From a virus (lineage: Duplodnaviria > Caudoviricetes), in IMG/VR virus record IMGVR_UViG_3300027804_001810, positions 10,771-74,770 of that record: a stretch of 64,000 nt of DNA; one strand, given 5' to 3'. Numbering within the stretch: the stretch's first letter is position 1; every line of letters begins with the position of its first letter. The translations under genes were made by a program, and so were the position numbers. The notes under the pieces were generated by a model. It had not been told where the DNA came from, searched no databases, and saw only the letters and a program-made list of their open reading frames with translations. Of this stretch, positions 43,832-53,761 are shown in pieces.

Positions 43832-45151
43832 TTACTTTTTTCTATACTTATTTATGAATTCTTTTATATTAGAACCTTTATATGCCTTTCCACCTGGTTG
43901 AAGATTTTCCTTTCCAGTTCCAATTGCACCAGGAGTCATGTCAGAAAAATGTCTAAAGGCACCTAAAGTTCCCATGAGAGTATTAGGATGAATCTTATCT
44001 CTCATTTTACGATCCATTCTAACTTCAGTGTATTCAGTTAAATCTTTAATCCAAGATTTAAACATTTGACCAGATTCGGTGACACAAATTAGATAATTGG
44101 TGCCTCTACGAATAATACGTCCAACTAATCCAGTATTTAAATTTTCAACTTTTTCACCCAGTTTAAAGATAGACTCTGTAAGATAATTTTCACGAAGAGT
44201 CTGAAAATCAAACTTAGGTGCAATCTGCCAGATATCCCATCCTTCTTTGACACTCATAGCGCCACGAAGAATGTTAAAAAGTTCTTTTGCTTCTGCTGGT
44301 TTAACTTCAGGAGGAAGACCTGAACGGAAAGTTTTAAAATCTCCTTCTGCTGCAGCAAGTCTCATTCTTGATGCGGACATGCCCTCAACTCCTTGTGCAT
44401 CAGGATCTCTATCACCAGCAGAGACAACTTCAATATTATCAAAATTATAAAGTTGTCCATTATATTGACCAGAAAGTTTTTCAAATTCTTTAACTCTATC
44501 AGCACCACCTATAATTCTTACACCAGCATATCCATTATTATGTGCCATTTTTAAAACATCAAAAATGGTTTTAGTATTAGCATCGTTTACAATATTGCCA
44601 GCATGATTTGGATAAAACTTCTGCATATAAGCAATCTTTGTATCAGGATCAAGAGGATTCTTTTTCTTATCTTGACTTCTTGATGGGAAGATTAAATATT
44701 GTCCATCTTTATCTTGAGATGCTGCCTGTGCTGCAACATCCATTAATTGTTGGTGCCCAATTGTTGGAGGATTAAAACGACCAAAAGCAATAGTAAGAGT
44801 TCCTTTTGTTTTGGGAACTGGAAGATATTGTGCAGGTGGTTGTTCTTGTGCTGCTGCTTGTTGCTCTGGAGCAGGTGGTTGCTCTGCAGGTGCCTGTTGT
44901 TGTGGTTGTTGGGCAATTGCAGGATCCTGATATCCAGGAGACGCAATTGTTTTTTCCTTTTCAGTTTGTGGTCCGTCTTTTTGTCCTACTTTTTGACGCT
45001 TATTATAAAACTTTAATTGTCCACCAACAGTTTTTGCTACAAACTCTCCTTGCTTATCGTACCATCCACCATGGTTATCTCCAACAAGTCCAAGACGTGC
45101 TGCTTGTTGAGATGCTGTTGCTTCTGTTATGAACTGGAAAAAACTTTTCAT
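43832..45151 (-). CDS. Cyanophage cytidyltransferase-like (HIGH nucleotidyltransferase) protein
   Basis: FGRFNPPTIGH, GADRV and MSASRMR; N-terminus MKSFFQFITE. Confidence 0.85.
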   Translation of the reverse strand: MKSFFQFITEATASQQAARLGLVGDNHGGWYDKQGEFVAKTVGGQLKFYNKRQKVGQKDGPQTEKEKTIASPGYQDPAIAQQPQQQAPAEQPPAPEQQAAAQEQPPAQYLPVPKTKGTLTIAFGRFNPPTIGHQQLMDVAAQAASQDKDGQYLIFPSRSQDKKKNPLDPDTKIAYMQKFYPNHAGNIVNDANTKTIFDVLKMAHNNGYAGVRIIGGADRVKEFEKLSGQYNGQLYNFDNIEVVSAGDRDPDAQGVEGMSASRMRLAAAEGDFKTFRSGLPPEVKPAEAKELFNILRGAMSVKEGWDIWQIAPKFDFQTLRENYLTESIFKLGEKVENLNTGLVGRIIRRGTNYLICVTESGQMFKSWIKDLTEYTEVRMDRKMRDKIHPNTLMGTLGAFRHFSDMTPGAIGTGKENLQPGGKAYKGSNIKEFINKYRKK

Positions 45152-45204
45152 TATCTACTTTATATTATGTGTATTCTAATACTCTCTTATAATTATTATT
45201 TATT

Positions 45205-46128
45205 TCATACGAATCTTGAAATACTCCTTCCAGCAATTGGTTGTATAATGACTCTAGCACCTTTTATTCCATGGTCGCTACGATCTCCCTTGTAAACGCC
45301 TAAAAACACAGGTTCATAACCACCATTTATTCTATCGCCATTATTTAACTTATGACCAGAACAAGTTAACTCATAATATCTTCCCCTATTTTGCACATTC
45401 AATATTCCTTGCATAGTAACATCCACATTATTCTCACCCTTTACACCACCATATCCACTTCCATACACTGCCATTTTTTTCAGATTTTCATCTTGAATTT
45501 TTCTACCAACGGTTGTAGCTGCTGGCATTCCATTAGGAAACATTTCTTTTAAAGTGTTTATAAATGCTTGGGTTTCTGGATGATTATAAATCAAAGGTTC
45601 TACTCGTTGAGATGTCCCAGACCATTGTTGAAATGCTTTTGGTCCATCACCAGCTTTATGAGAAACATGCCCAACATATCCAGAAATTCCTCTAAAATGG
45701 AAATCACACTTGGGTGTTCCAGGAGTACTTTCACATAGACCAACTTGATACGTTGTTGCTCCAACCTTTAGAGGTATAAGTTCAGAACCTAATTTATCAA
45801 AGACTGCATTTAATTGCTGGTTTATCCTTACAATTTGAGCATCTTCTTGTGCAGTAGTCGCCTGTGTTCTTCCAGAAAATTCAGAATCTTTATATATTTG
45901 AGTTAAACTTACATATTGCCCAGAAACAGTTGGAAGCATTATAGATCTTCCACTCTTAAATCTTTCAAAATGACTAATACTAGTTAATTCTTTTAAGATA
46001 GATTTATCTAGTTTTACTTTTGAACCATTTGATTCCGATAAAATAAAATCCTTACCCGTTCTTATCCTAGTCAAAAAAATATTAAAATTATTTCTTTTTG
46101 CAAGTTCACTTGGACTTAGACTGGCCAT
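45205..46128 (-). CDS. Putative PD-(D/E)xK-type nuclease
   Basis: TPKCDFHF...HVSHK arrangement; next to tRNAs; CTAAATA upstream. Confidence 0.4.
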   Translation of the reverse strand: MASLSPSELAKRNNFNIFLTRIRTGKDFILSESNGSKVKLDKSILKELTSISHFERFKSGRSIMLPTVSGQYVSLTQIYKDSEFSGRTQATTAQEDAQIVRINQQLNAVFDKLGSELIPLKVGATTYQVGLCESTPGTPKCDFHFRGISGYVGHVSHKAGDGPKAFQQWSGTSQRVEPLIYNHPETQAFINTLKEMFPNGMPAATTVGRKIQDENLKKMAVYGSGYGGVKGENNVDVTMQGILNVQNRGRYYELTCSGHKLNNGDRINGGYEPVFLGVYKGDRSDHGIKGARVIIQPIAGRSISRFV

Positions 46129-46147
46129 TTTTATTTTTATTTAGAAG

Positions 46148-46227
46148 TGCCCAAGAGAGGACTCGAACCTCCACGCCGAAGCACATGATCCTAAGTCATG
46201 CGTGTATACCAGTTTCACCACTTGGGC
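46148..46227 (-). tRNA. trnL: tRNA-Leu(UAG)
   Basis: GCCCAAG acceptor, anticodon loop CTTAGGA, variable arm GC-TTCG-GC. Confidence 0.95.
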
Positions 46228-46229
46228 AA

Positions 46230-46302
46230 TGGAGAATAGGGGACTCGAACCCCTCACCCCTGCCGTGCAAAGGCAGTGCTCTACCAAATGAGCTAATTCC
46301 CC
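46230..46302 (-). tRNA. trnA: tRNA-Ala(UGC)
   Basis: GGGGAAT acceptor with G3:U70, anticodon loop TTTGCAC. Confidence 0.95.
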
Positions 46303-46317
46303 AATGAGACCATTATA

Positions 46318-46746
46318 TCACCGAAGTGGCATAAGGTCAAATAGTTCTGGATGAAGTTGACCATACTTTCTCATTAATTCGCCTGCTTTTGCATTTGCTT
46401 GATTTTCAGTTGGACTTCCAGCATGAGAACTTTTACGGTCTAAACCTTTTTCAATATGCTGCTTATAATGAACATATTCATGAGCAAGAGTTCTCAATAT
46501 ATCAATAGGATGACGATTGATAATACTTAAGTGAATAGTATTATCTTTTGTTATTTCCCCGAATGCTGCAATTCTTTTTGCAAAGTCAGCATCATCTATA
46601 AGAATTACTGGAATATCATAAGTAAGACGCAACTCTCTTTTTAAAAAGACAACGAATCTCTTTAGAATTGCGTCAAACTGAATTTGAGTCGTTGGTCTTC
46701 CTTTTCTTTTGCCAAGAAGAGACATATTTTTTGAAATATTTATCAA
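46318..46746 (-). CDS. Small zincin-like (HExxH) protein
   Basis: TLAHEYVHYKQ...ENQANAKAG. Confidence 0.65.
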   Translation of the reverse strand: MINISKNMSLLGKRKGRPTTQIQFDAILKRFVVFLKRELRLTYDIPVILIDDADFAKRIAAFGEITKDNTIHLSIINRHPIDILRTLAHEYVHYKQHIEKGLDRKSSHAGSPTENQANAKAGELMRKYGQLHPELFDLMPLR

Positions 46747-46928
46747 ACGCCAAGCACGGCACCAATGCTCTCATCAATGTCTTGGATGACTGTACGAATA
46801 TCAGAGATGCGGGGAGGAACACTTACTTCATCATAAGTATATCCTTTTTGTGCTTCAAAAAGGATTTGACGAACTGCAGCGGCAGAACGGGCATCCATTT
46901 TAATTGTTACTTTTTTATCTTTAGTCAT
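46743..46928 (-). CDS. Conserved cyanophage hypothetical protein
   Basis: Coupled ORF downstream of mazG. Confidence 0.7.
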   Translation of the reverse strand: MTKDKKVTIKMDARSAAAVRQILFEAQKGYTYDEVSVPPRISDIRTVIQDIDESIGAVLGV

Positions 46929-47341
46929 CGGTCGTCAGCAGCACGGTTTTCAGAGAAATAAACATCAAAAGCACCTTCAGGATAACGCTTGAGAAGTTTT
47001 TGAACATTACGAGCAACTACTTCGTCAAGAGTTACTTCAAGTGCCATACAAGCCTGGGCAACATACCACATAATGTCACCCAGTTCGATAATCATATGCT
47101 CTCGATTATCTTCATTGAAAGGTTTGCCTTGGAAGATCATTTTCTTTACGATTTCCATAAACTCACCGCCTTCAGCATTGATACCAACAGCAGCAGTCAA
47201 GAGACGCTCAATATTGGCGCCCTTCTCATCAAGGGCAACAAGACGGTCAGACAGAGAAAGAAAGTCTTTGGATGCATCGGAAGTTACAGCATCCACAAAC
47301 TCGGCATACTTATCAAAATTAACGTGTTTAGCAGTTTCCAT
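46925..47341 (-). CDS. mazG: MazG nucleotide pyrophosphohydrolase
   Basis: EGGEFMEIVKK, ELGDIMWY and N..KL.KRYP. Confidence 0.93.
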   Translation of the reverse strand: METAKHVNFDKYAEFVDAVTSDASKDFLSLSDRLVALDEKGANIERLLTAAVGINAEGGEFMEIVKKMIFQGKPFNEDNREHMIIELGDIMWYVAQACMALEVTLDEVVARNVQKLLKRYPEGAFDVYFSENRAADDR

Positions 47342-48720
47342 TAAAATTTAAATCCTTCAAACGACTTTTTAGGTTTCTTGTCTTCGTAATCATTATACTC
47401 GTCTTCGTTTCCAGAGTCAAGTATGTCTTTTTGTGCTGACTGTTCACAATCGTACAGTCTCATTTTAGCACGATCAATACCCACAATGAAACGCTTAAAG
47501 ATTGTGGGATCATTGTATCTGTTCTTCAACTGCTTCACCATAATCTGTCCCAACCCCTCCAACTCTTCAGTGCTAATAAGGGCAAACATAAGATCAGCAG
47601 TAGCAGGGAGACCAAAGGACTCACTAGTATCAGTAAGTTCAACATCAGAGTTCCCATAACCACTGCGGGTAGTCTGGGTAGCAGAGACAATGGGAACATT
47701 GAATTCCACCGCCAAACCGCGAAGTTCTTCTGCAATTGACTTGATATATGAATAAGAATTGATAGAGCTGTTTGCCTTATGCCTAGAGGAAGCACAAATA
47801 TTAAGGTAATCAATGAAAATAATATCAGGTCTAAATGATTTCTTAAGAGCAAGTTCATTGAGAAGTGCCTTGAAATGTCCTGAATGTGCAGAAGCAGTGG
47901 GGTATTCTTTGATTACCAAAGAACCTTGTGTCTTCTTTGCAATACTATTTACTTTCGTTTCAAACATTTGGCGCGGTAAATCAACCAGTTGTTGAATCGG
48001 GACATTGAGAAGGTTTGCGTCAATTCTTTCTGCAATTCGCTCTTCCGCCATTTCAAGAGTGATATAGAGTACATTCCTACCCTGTAACAAGGCGGCGCTA
48101 GCCACATGACACATAAACAGTGATTTCCCAACACCCGTTCCAGCGAGAGCAATATTGAGAGTCTTGTTAGGTAAACCACCTTTAGTGATTTTGTTGAAAT
48201 ATTCCAGGTCAAACTCGATTTTATCTTCTTTACGGTGGTAAAATTCATAACGCTCCTCATAATTCTGAAGATAATCGTGTCCGATATTGTTATCAAATGA
48301 TACTGCTAAAGCATCAGAAAGAATGCTTGGAATCGCATCACGATTTTTCTTCCCATCATTACCATCAGCAATATGAATTGATTCCATCAAAGCAAGATAA
48401 ATTGCTCTATCTCGACACCACTTTTCAGTCGTATCAAGCAACCACTGCTGTTCCACAACACCATTATGAAATCCAGAATTGAGTTCCCGAATCTCTTTAA
48501 TTTCAGACTCATTAAGGTCTGTGCGATTTTCTATCTCAATCGCAAGTGCTTCTGTTGTAATTGCTGATCCATATTTAACAATGAACTTAACAATTTCCTC
48601 AAATACGACCTTTTCGGATCTTTGCTCAAAATAATCTGGTTGTATAAAAGGTATGACTTTTCTGGAGTAATCTTCATTGAATATCAGGTTTCTTAAAATT
48701 GTAAGTTCAAGTCGTTCCAT
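47341..48720 (-). CDS. 41: Replicative helicase gp41
   Basis: AGTGVGKS Walker A, ITLEMAEE, FIDYLN, SATQTTR and KQLKNRY. Confidence 0.97.
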   Translation of the reverse strand: MERLELTILRNLIFNEDYSRKVIPFIQPDYFEQRSEKVVFEEIVKFIVKYGSAITTEALAIEIENRTDLNESEIKEIRELNSGFHNGVVEQQWLLDTTEKWCRDRAIYLALMESIHIADGNDGKKNRDAIPSILSDALAVSFDNNIGHDYLQNYEERYEFYHRKEDKIEFDLEYFNKITKGGLPNKTLNIALAGTGVGKSLFMCHVASAALLQGRNVLYITLEMAEERIAERIDANLLNVPIQQLVDLPRQMFETKVNSIAKKTQGSLVIKEYPTASAHSGHFKALLNELALKKSFRPDIIFIDYLNICASSRHKANSSINSYSYIKSIAEELRGLAVEFNVPIVSATQTTRSGYGNSDVELTDTSESFGLPATADLMFALISTEELEGLGQIMVKQLKNRYNDPTIFKRFIVGIDRAKMRLYDCEQSAQKDILDSGNEDEYNDYEDKKPKKSFEGFKF

Positions 48721-49298
48721 TACTTATAATGCAAATAGGCACTCATAATATACTTTGGACCACTGATAGGAGGTTCCCCCTTATGAGGAAACATCCAAAG
48801 TGGAGGAAACATAATTAAAGTTCCCTGTTTTGGTTGAATTTGAACATCCTTGAAAATAGTTTGACCACCACTTTCAACGTCATTCAAATACCACATAAAC
48901 GATAAAAATCTACGGGCGGTCCCATAGTCTACCACATCTACGTGCGTATCAAACTGATCAACACCGTTTGGTTCGTATTTTTTAATACGAAATTGTTCTA
49001 AAGCGTGATCTTCTGGAAATACACGCTTATCTACAAACTCATAATACTTATCACGATATTCAAAAATCTTTTTGATGATATGATTATGAACCTGACTAAC
49101 TTCTGGGGTTAATTCACGATTTTCTGTAATATTAAACTGAGTAAAGTTAGGTTTTCCTTCGTTATCAAGGCGCTCGTGTTGATCAGGAACCTGATCAAAT
49201 AAACTAATTAAAAAATTACATACATCAGGTTCAAGAGCATTCTCGTAGATATGAATGAGATCTTGAAGTTCATCCATAGGAGAATTCGCCTTTAGCAA
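48720..49298 (-). CDS. 2OG-Fe(II) oxygenase
   Basis: HVD (HxD), YLND..GG.T.F, HKG and KY. Confidence 0.9.
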   Translation of the reverse strand: MLKANSPMDELQDLIHIYENALEPDVCNFLISLFDQVPDQHERLDNEGKPNFTQFNITENRELTPEVSQVHNHIIKKIFEYRDKYYEFVDKRVFPEDHALEQFRIKKYEPNGVDQFDTHVDVVDYGTARRFLSFMWYLNDVESGGQTIFKDVQIQPKQGTLIMFPPLWMFPHKGEPPISGPKYIMSAYLHYK

Positions 49299-50271
49299 TC
49301 ACATCCAGTTTCTGCATTACTTCTTCAGTAAAGTATTCTTCTGGATTTGCCAAAATCTGTTTGGCATAAATTTTCTTACCATCCATTTCATAACGCCCCG
49401 CAACATTCTTCCAGAGTCCGCCGAGTTCCCCGAGTTCCAGAAGACCATAATAGCGATCAAGACCACGCTCATCATAAAATAAACGGACTTCAACGTCTTG
49501 GTTCTCCTTACTTAAACGCGACTTAGCAGTCTTTGCCTTGATAATGTTTCCAACGACTTCTGTTCCATCTTTTTCTTTTTTCTTTGAGAGATATATGATA
49601 GTAGAAGCGGCATACTTAAGACCACTACCACCCCCCATCTCCTTAGTAGGAACATAAGCACCGATGACATCGTAGGTATGGTTGGTTACAATCATTGGAA
49701 TATTCGCCTGCCCCAACTTAAGGGTAAGCATACGGAAAGCACCTTTGACAAGTTGTGATTTGGTCATGTCACGAACCTGCTTATCATTCAGTGCATCAGT
49801 AATCTCTTTCTCGGTTGAGAGCATACCCAAAGAGTCTAATACAAACATACAAGGTTTGCGTTCTCCTTCAGGTTTTTTTAAGTAAATATCTACTGCCTTG
49901 AGTGCCTTTCCACGAAACTCTTCAACAGTAACAACATTGACAACCACAAGACGAGAAGTATCAATTCCACGTGATTCTAATAGGGATTTGGTAATAGCGG
50001 CTTCAGTATCAAAGTAGAGACAATAACCATCGGTATTATTGTCAAGGAAATTCTTAACCACAGCGAGAGAAAAGAAAGTCTTTCCAGTACTAGACTCTCC
50101 AGCAATAGCAGTAATCTTATTGCCAGATACACCGCCAAATATACTACCTGAAACCAGTGCATTAAAAATGTACGAACCCGTGTCAACATAAGTCTCAGTC
50201 TCATCAATATCAGAAGCGAGTTTCGTATACTCGCCACCAACTTCTTTTACAATTTCTTTTAGAAAATCCAT
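49270..50271 (-). CDS. uvsX: UvsX RecA-like recombinase
   Basis: [21 protein letters not shown] and GGGSGLKY. Confidence 0.95.
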   Translation of the reverse strand: MDFLKEIVKEVGGEYTKLASDIDETETYVDTGSYIFNALVSGSIFGGVSGNKITAIAGESSTGKTFFSLAVVKNFLDNNTDGYCLYFDTEAAITKSLLESRGIDTSRLVVVNVVTVEEFRGKALKAVDIYLKKPEGERKPCMFVLDSLGMLSTEKEITDALNDKQVRDMTKSQLVKGAFRMLTLKLGQANIPMIVTNHTYDVIGAYVPTKEMGGGSGLKYAASTIIYLSKKKEKDGTEVVGNIIKAKTAKSRLSKENQDVEVRLFYDERGLDRYYGLLELGELGGLWKNVAGRYEMDGKKIYAKQILANPEEYFTEEVMQKLDVIAKGEFSYG

Positions 50272-50435
50272 CAGCACACCATCCCGTATTCTTCACGAAG
50301 TATTTTTTTATAAGGTAAACCTTGTTCTTTAAGTTCTTTAACCAGTTTCAGTTTATGATACAAAGCGGCATCTCCACCAAAACCAAGTGCCTTTACAATC
50401 GTATCCAGTTCGTTATCATTAATAGGCAAGTCCAT
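50271..50435 (-). CDS. Small conserved cyanophage protein (54 aa), not in ORF track
   Basis: [32 protein letters not shown]...; overlaps both the gp43 stop and the uvsX start. Confidence 0.7.
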   Translation of the reverse strand: MDLPINDNELDTIVKALGFGGDAALYHKLKLVKELKEQGLPYKKILREEYGMVC

Positions 50436-52936
50436 TAAGCAAAAAATAGTTCAAGGTTTACGGTTTTTTCCACGTTCCATCCAATAGAATCAAGGATGGA
50501 TTTCAGTGGTTCTACAAAACTCTTTTCAAATTGTAGTTCATAGTCGATGTATTTGTCAAGACCAAGTTCTTTGGGAAAATCTTGAATAAAAGAAATAATA
50601 TTTTCTTGAATGATATTTGGTTTTTTTAGATAAACAAACTTGATCTTTTCACCATTTGCAATGAGTGAATACTTGTTTGTCAGTTTTTTTTCTTTTATGT
50701 AATGATTAAAAAGAAGTGCTCCACGAATATGAATGGGAGTTCCTTTGTTGTAAATATCGGAAGATGAATAATACTTACGAACATCAGAAGCAGTTCGTGG
50801 AAAAGCAATCTGTTCTGGTGGTAAAGATTTAAACTCTTCGCGGCACTTATCAATAAAGTTGATCACATCTTCTTCAGTTCCACTCATCATTAGTTTCAGA
50901 CCATCCTTAATCATCTGACGGCAAGGAGCAGGAGTAGAAGACTTAACTGCCTCAATGCCCATCATCTTCAGTTTAGGTTCTTCATAACGAACACCTTCGC
51001 TATCCCAGACGTTCAGAATGTATCGTTTCTTGGCAGTCCAGATTCCACGTTCAGCAATGTTCTCACGCTTCATCTGCATCTTCTGGTCATATGCGTTCAC
51101 ATAGGTCGCCAGTTCTTGGTAGCAACCTTCAATATACTTTTCAAATTCCACCTGACAGACCTTATCAAGGAACGAAACAACGCTTTGAGTAGTTTTCTCT
51201 CTTCCCTTGTATACACTTTCAACCAAAGGACCCATATTAAGATAGATAGAGTCAGTATCTGAAGCAATAACATAATCCACTCCGTCAGTTTTTAGAATCT
51301 TATTGAGATAGGCATTCATCTTGTTCTCAATCCAACGGATAGAAACCTGACCAGACAAGGTGATTGCCTCAGCATTTGCTAGTTTGTAGTAACGGAAATA
51401 CTGATTGCCGATAGCACCATAAGCAGAGTTAAGTTGAATCTTCCTCGCCATTTGGATGTTGTTGCACCTTGCAATCTCTTTTTCCAACTCTTTCGTCTTT
51501 TTCTTTTCATATTCTTGTTTAGCAGCAAGCATCTTCTTTTTGTAAATGGTGCGATCTTTGTAGATCTTTTCCATCAGTTCTGGAAGAAATCCACGAACAT
51601 CCTTGCGGAACATTGCACCGTTCGCGCAAACCGCGTAGTCTTTATACAACTCAAAGTTAGTCTGTTGATTGAGAATTTTATCAACAGTTACATTTGGATG
51701 CCTCTCTTCCAGAAGAGTTTCTGGCGAGATGTTGTATTGCATAATGAGGTGAGGGTATAGCGAGTTGAGGTCAAAAGACACAACCCAGTCATACTTTCCA
51801 GGAATAGGTTCCTTAACATACGCACCAGCATACTTGGAATCTTTATCAGAACGTTCTTTAGGAGGAATCACAATGTTCCTCTTTTTCAGATAGTTGTAGA
51901 TGATGGTATCCCACATTCGGACTTGTGAAAACACATCTGTATAGTTTGCTTTGGCGTCATATGCCATCGTCAAAGCAAGTTCAATCAGTTTCATCTTGTC
52001 TTCCAAACGGTCAACAAGTTCTACGTCGATGATGTTATATTCTACAAACTTCTGCCAACCTTTGGTATAAAAGTCTTTGAAAGTATCAAACTCAGAGTGG
52101 TCAAGTTTTTTCTGACCAAGTTCTACACTTGCAATATAATCAAGACGATAAGATTCCTGTGCTTTGTAAGTAAACTTCTTATAAAGATTCAGATAATCAA
52201 GTTGACTAATACCACCAACATCATATGAAATATGCTTACGACCAGCAATATAAATCTCACTTTCAGTCACAAGACCCCAAGGAGACATGCGCTTCATGAG
52301 TTTTTCACCAAGAACACGATCAAGACGGCGAACCAAATATGGAATATCATACAGTTCAGTATTCCAACCAGTCACAACCTCTGGAGTATTATCCTCAACC
52401 ATCCACCAATTGATGAAATCCATAAGAAGATCACGCTCATTATCAAATGAACGGTAAATTACATTATTCTGCTGATTCTTAAATGGACCCATACCCCAAG
52501 TACGAATCTGTTTAGATGAATAGTCCTGAATCGTAATCAAGAGAACTTCCTCGGCAGCAGACTCTACATCAGGAAATCCATTCTCTGATGCAACCTCAAT
52601 ATCAAGAGTGGTAACCTTAACTTTACTAATGTCAAACTTCAACTCTTCCTCTGGATACATTTCAGAAATGTACTGATAAATGTATTGACTGTTTCCGTAG
52701 ATCTTAAAGTTTTCTACACCCTCATACTTTTTAATAAACTCACGACAATCACGAACGGAACCAGGATGAACTGCTTCCACATACTCACCATTTAGAGTCT
52801 GATATTTAGTTTTCTTTTGAGAAGGGACAAAAAGAGTCGGGTTAAACTTCTCACGGGTCATAAAGTGTTTACCATCTTCATAACCACGGACCAAGAAGTG
52901 ATCCCCGACCATTTGAACGTTTGTATAAAAGCGCAT
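50435..52936 (-). CDS. 43: Family B DNA polymerase gp43
   Basis: LDIEV, FDLNSLYP, KIQLNSAYG and ASDTDS; uninterrupted. Confidence 0.98.
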   Translation of the reverse strand: MRFYTNVQMVGDHFLVRGYEDGKHFMTREKFNPTLFVPSQKKTKYQTLNGEYVEAVHPGSVRDCREFIKKYEGVENFKIYGNSQYIYQYISEMYPEEELKFDISKVKVTTLDIEVASENGFPDVESAAEEVLLITIQDYSSKQIRTWGMGPFKNQQNNVIYRSFDNERDLLMDFINWWMVEDNTPEVVTGWNTELYDIPYLVRRLDRVLGEKLMKRMSPWGLVTESEIYIAGRKHISYDVGGISQLDYLNLYKKFTYKAQESYRLDYIASVELGQKKLDHSEFDTFKDFYTKGWQKFVEYNIIDVELVDRLEDKMKLIELALTMAYDAKANYTDVFSQVRMWDTIIYNYLKKRNIVIPPKERSDKDSKYAGAYVKEPIPGKYDWVVSFDLNSLYPHLIMQYNISPETLLEERHPNVTVDKILNQQTNFELYKDYAVCANGAMFRKDVRGFLPELMEKIYKDRTIYKKKMLAAKQEYEKKKTKELEKEIARCNNIQMARKIQLNSAYGAIGNQYFRYYKLANAEAITLSGQVSIRWIENKMNAYLNKILKTDGVDYVIASDTDSIYLNMGPLVESVYKGREKTTQSVVSFLDKVCQVEFEKYIEGCYQELATYVNAYDQKMQMKRENIAERGIWTAKKRYILNVWDSEGVRYEEPKLKMMGIEAVKSSTPAPCRQMIKDGLKLMMSGTEEDVINFIDKCREEFKSLPPEQIAFPRTASDVRKYYSSSDIYNKGTPIHIRGALLFNHYIKEKKLTNKYSLIANGEKIKFVYLKKPNIIQENIISFIQDFPKELGLDKYIDYELQFEKSFVEPLKSILDSIGWNVEKTVNLELFFA

Positions 52937-53190
52937 TATGCAGTCAATTCAAGATACTTTTCAATAATTTCTTCTTTTGGATCAACAATAGTAAGAATAC
53001 TATCAGAGTGAATCATCATTTCTCTTTGGTCCGTTATGTCTGGCCAAGGAGTTAAATTTCCTTCAGCATCAATGCGGAACGGATTAATTAATTTACAATC
53101 TGGTTCTCCAAGTTCGGAACCGATTTCGATAATTTCAGTAACAATTACGTTATCAACTTTCAGTAAAAGACACTTGACTGTCTTGCTCAT
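52936..53190 (-). CDS. Small conserved T4-like hypothetical protein
   Basis: Resembles its upstream neighbour (L.PW motif). Confidence 0.7.
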   Translation of the reverse strand: MSKTVKCLLLKVDNVIVTEIIEIGSELGEPDCKLINPFRIDAEGNLTPWPDITDQREMMIHSDSILTIVDPKEEIIEKYLELTA

Positions 53191-53485
53191 TTACTTTCTC
53201 CTCATACATTTCTTTAATGGTTTTAATTGGTTCCACAATTGTAACAATCCAATCTGGTGGAACTGGAATTTGTTCATCATTTGTTAAAATGATCCAAGGA
53301 GACAAGGATACTTCTAAATCTCCTTTTTGACTATCAGTTTCTTCTGCTAATAGAATAGTTTTTCTAGTTTCAACTTTTTGTGGTTTTGTAAATAGATATC
53401 CACAAACCTTATCATCAGAAATCAGTTCTTTGGCATCAGAAATGATTGTTTCTCCAGATTTTAATAATGCTAACTTGATTGACAT
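53153..53485 (-). CDS. Small conserved T4-like hypothetical protein
   Basis: IKLALLKSGETIIS...LSPW...IVTIVEP. Confidence 0.75.
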   Translation of the reverse strand: MSIKLALLKSGETIISDAKELISDDKVCGYLFTKPQKVETRKTILLAEETDSQKGDLEVSLSPWIILTNDEQIPVPPDWIVTIVEPIKTIKEMYEEKVNEQDSQVSFTES

Positions 53486-53506
53486 TTTTTAATTTATCCT
53501 CCAGTC

Positions 53507-53558
53507 ATTATAGGACAAAAAAAGGGGGAAGTCAACCTGGATTTTGCCAGGGACTTCC
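53507..53558 (-). promoter_or_regulatory. Terminator hairpin with embedded sigma70 promoter
   Basis: GGGAAGTC...GACTTCCC hairpin plus T7; TTGACT(53535-53530)-N17-TATAAT(53512-53507). Confidence 0.7.
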
Positions 53559-53582
53559 CGCGCCGACGATATTCAGAATTAT

Positions 53583-53744
53583 TTATTCTTCTTCACACCC
53601 TCTTCCACCACCACCAGGATTAAATGGAACCGCTTTGCCAGCAGGAACTTTTTGGGATTTACCTTTTAAATAAACCGTATGTGCCTTTGCCATAGGATAT
53701 TTAATGGTTTTTATTTCATTCAAAAACTGGGTGAAGGTCTTCAT
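53583..53744 (-). CDS. Small late protein with T4 internal-protein-like N-terminus (53 aa), not in ORF track
   Basis: MKTFTQFLNEIKTIKYP...; CTAAATA at 53765-53759. Confidence 0.65.
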   Translation of the reverse strand: MKTFTQFLNEIKTIKYPMAKAHTVYLKGKSQKVPAGKAVPFNPGGGGRGCEEE

Positions 53745-53761
53745 TTAAGTTTTTCTTTTAT

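Noticed and set aside
48720-49298. 2OG-Fe(II) oxygenase as part of a DNA hypermodification system with the glycosyltransferases
   Set aside because: It looks like the common cyanophage prolyl-hydroxylase-like type, is unlinked to the GT cluster, and no cytosine methylase or hydroxymethylase is in the window.
35537-52936. Introns or inteins in nrdA, nrdB, gp41 or gp43
   Set aside because: All are continuous ORFs of ordinary length with contiguous motifs.
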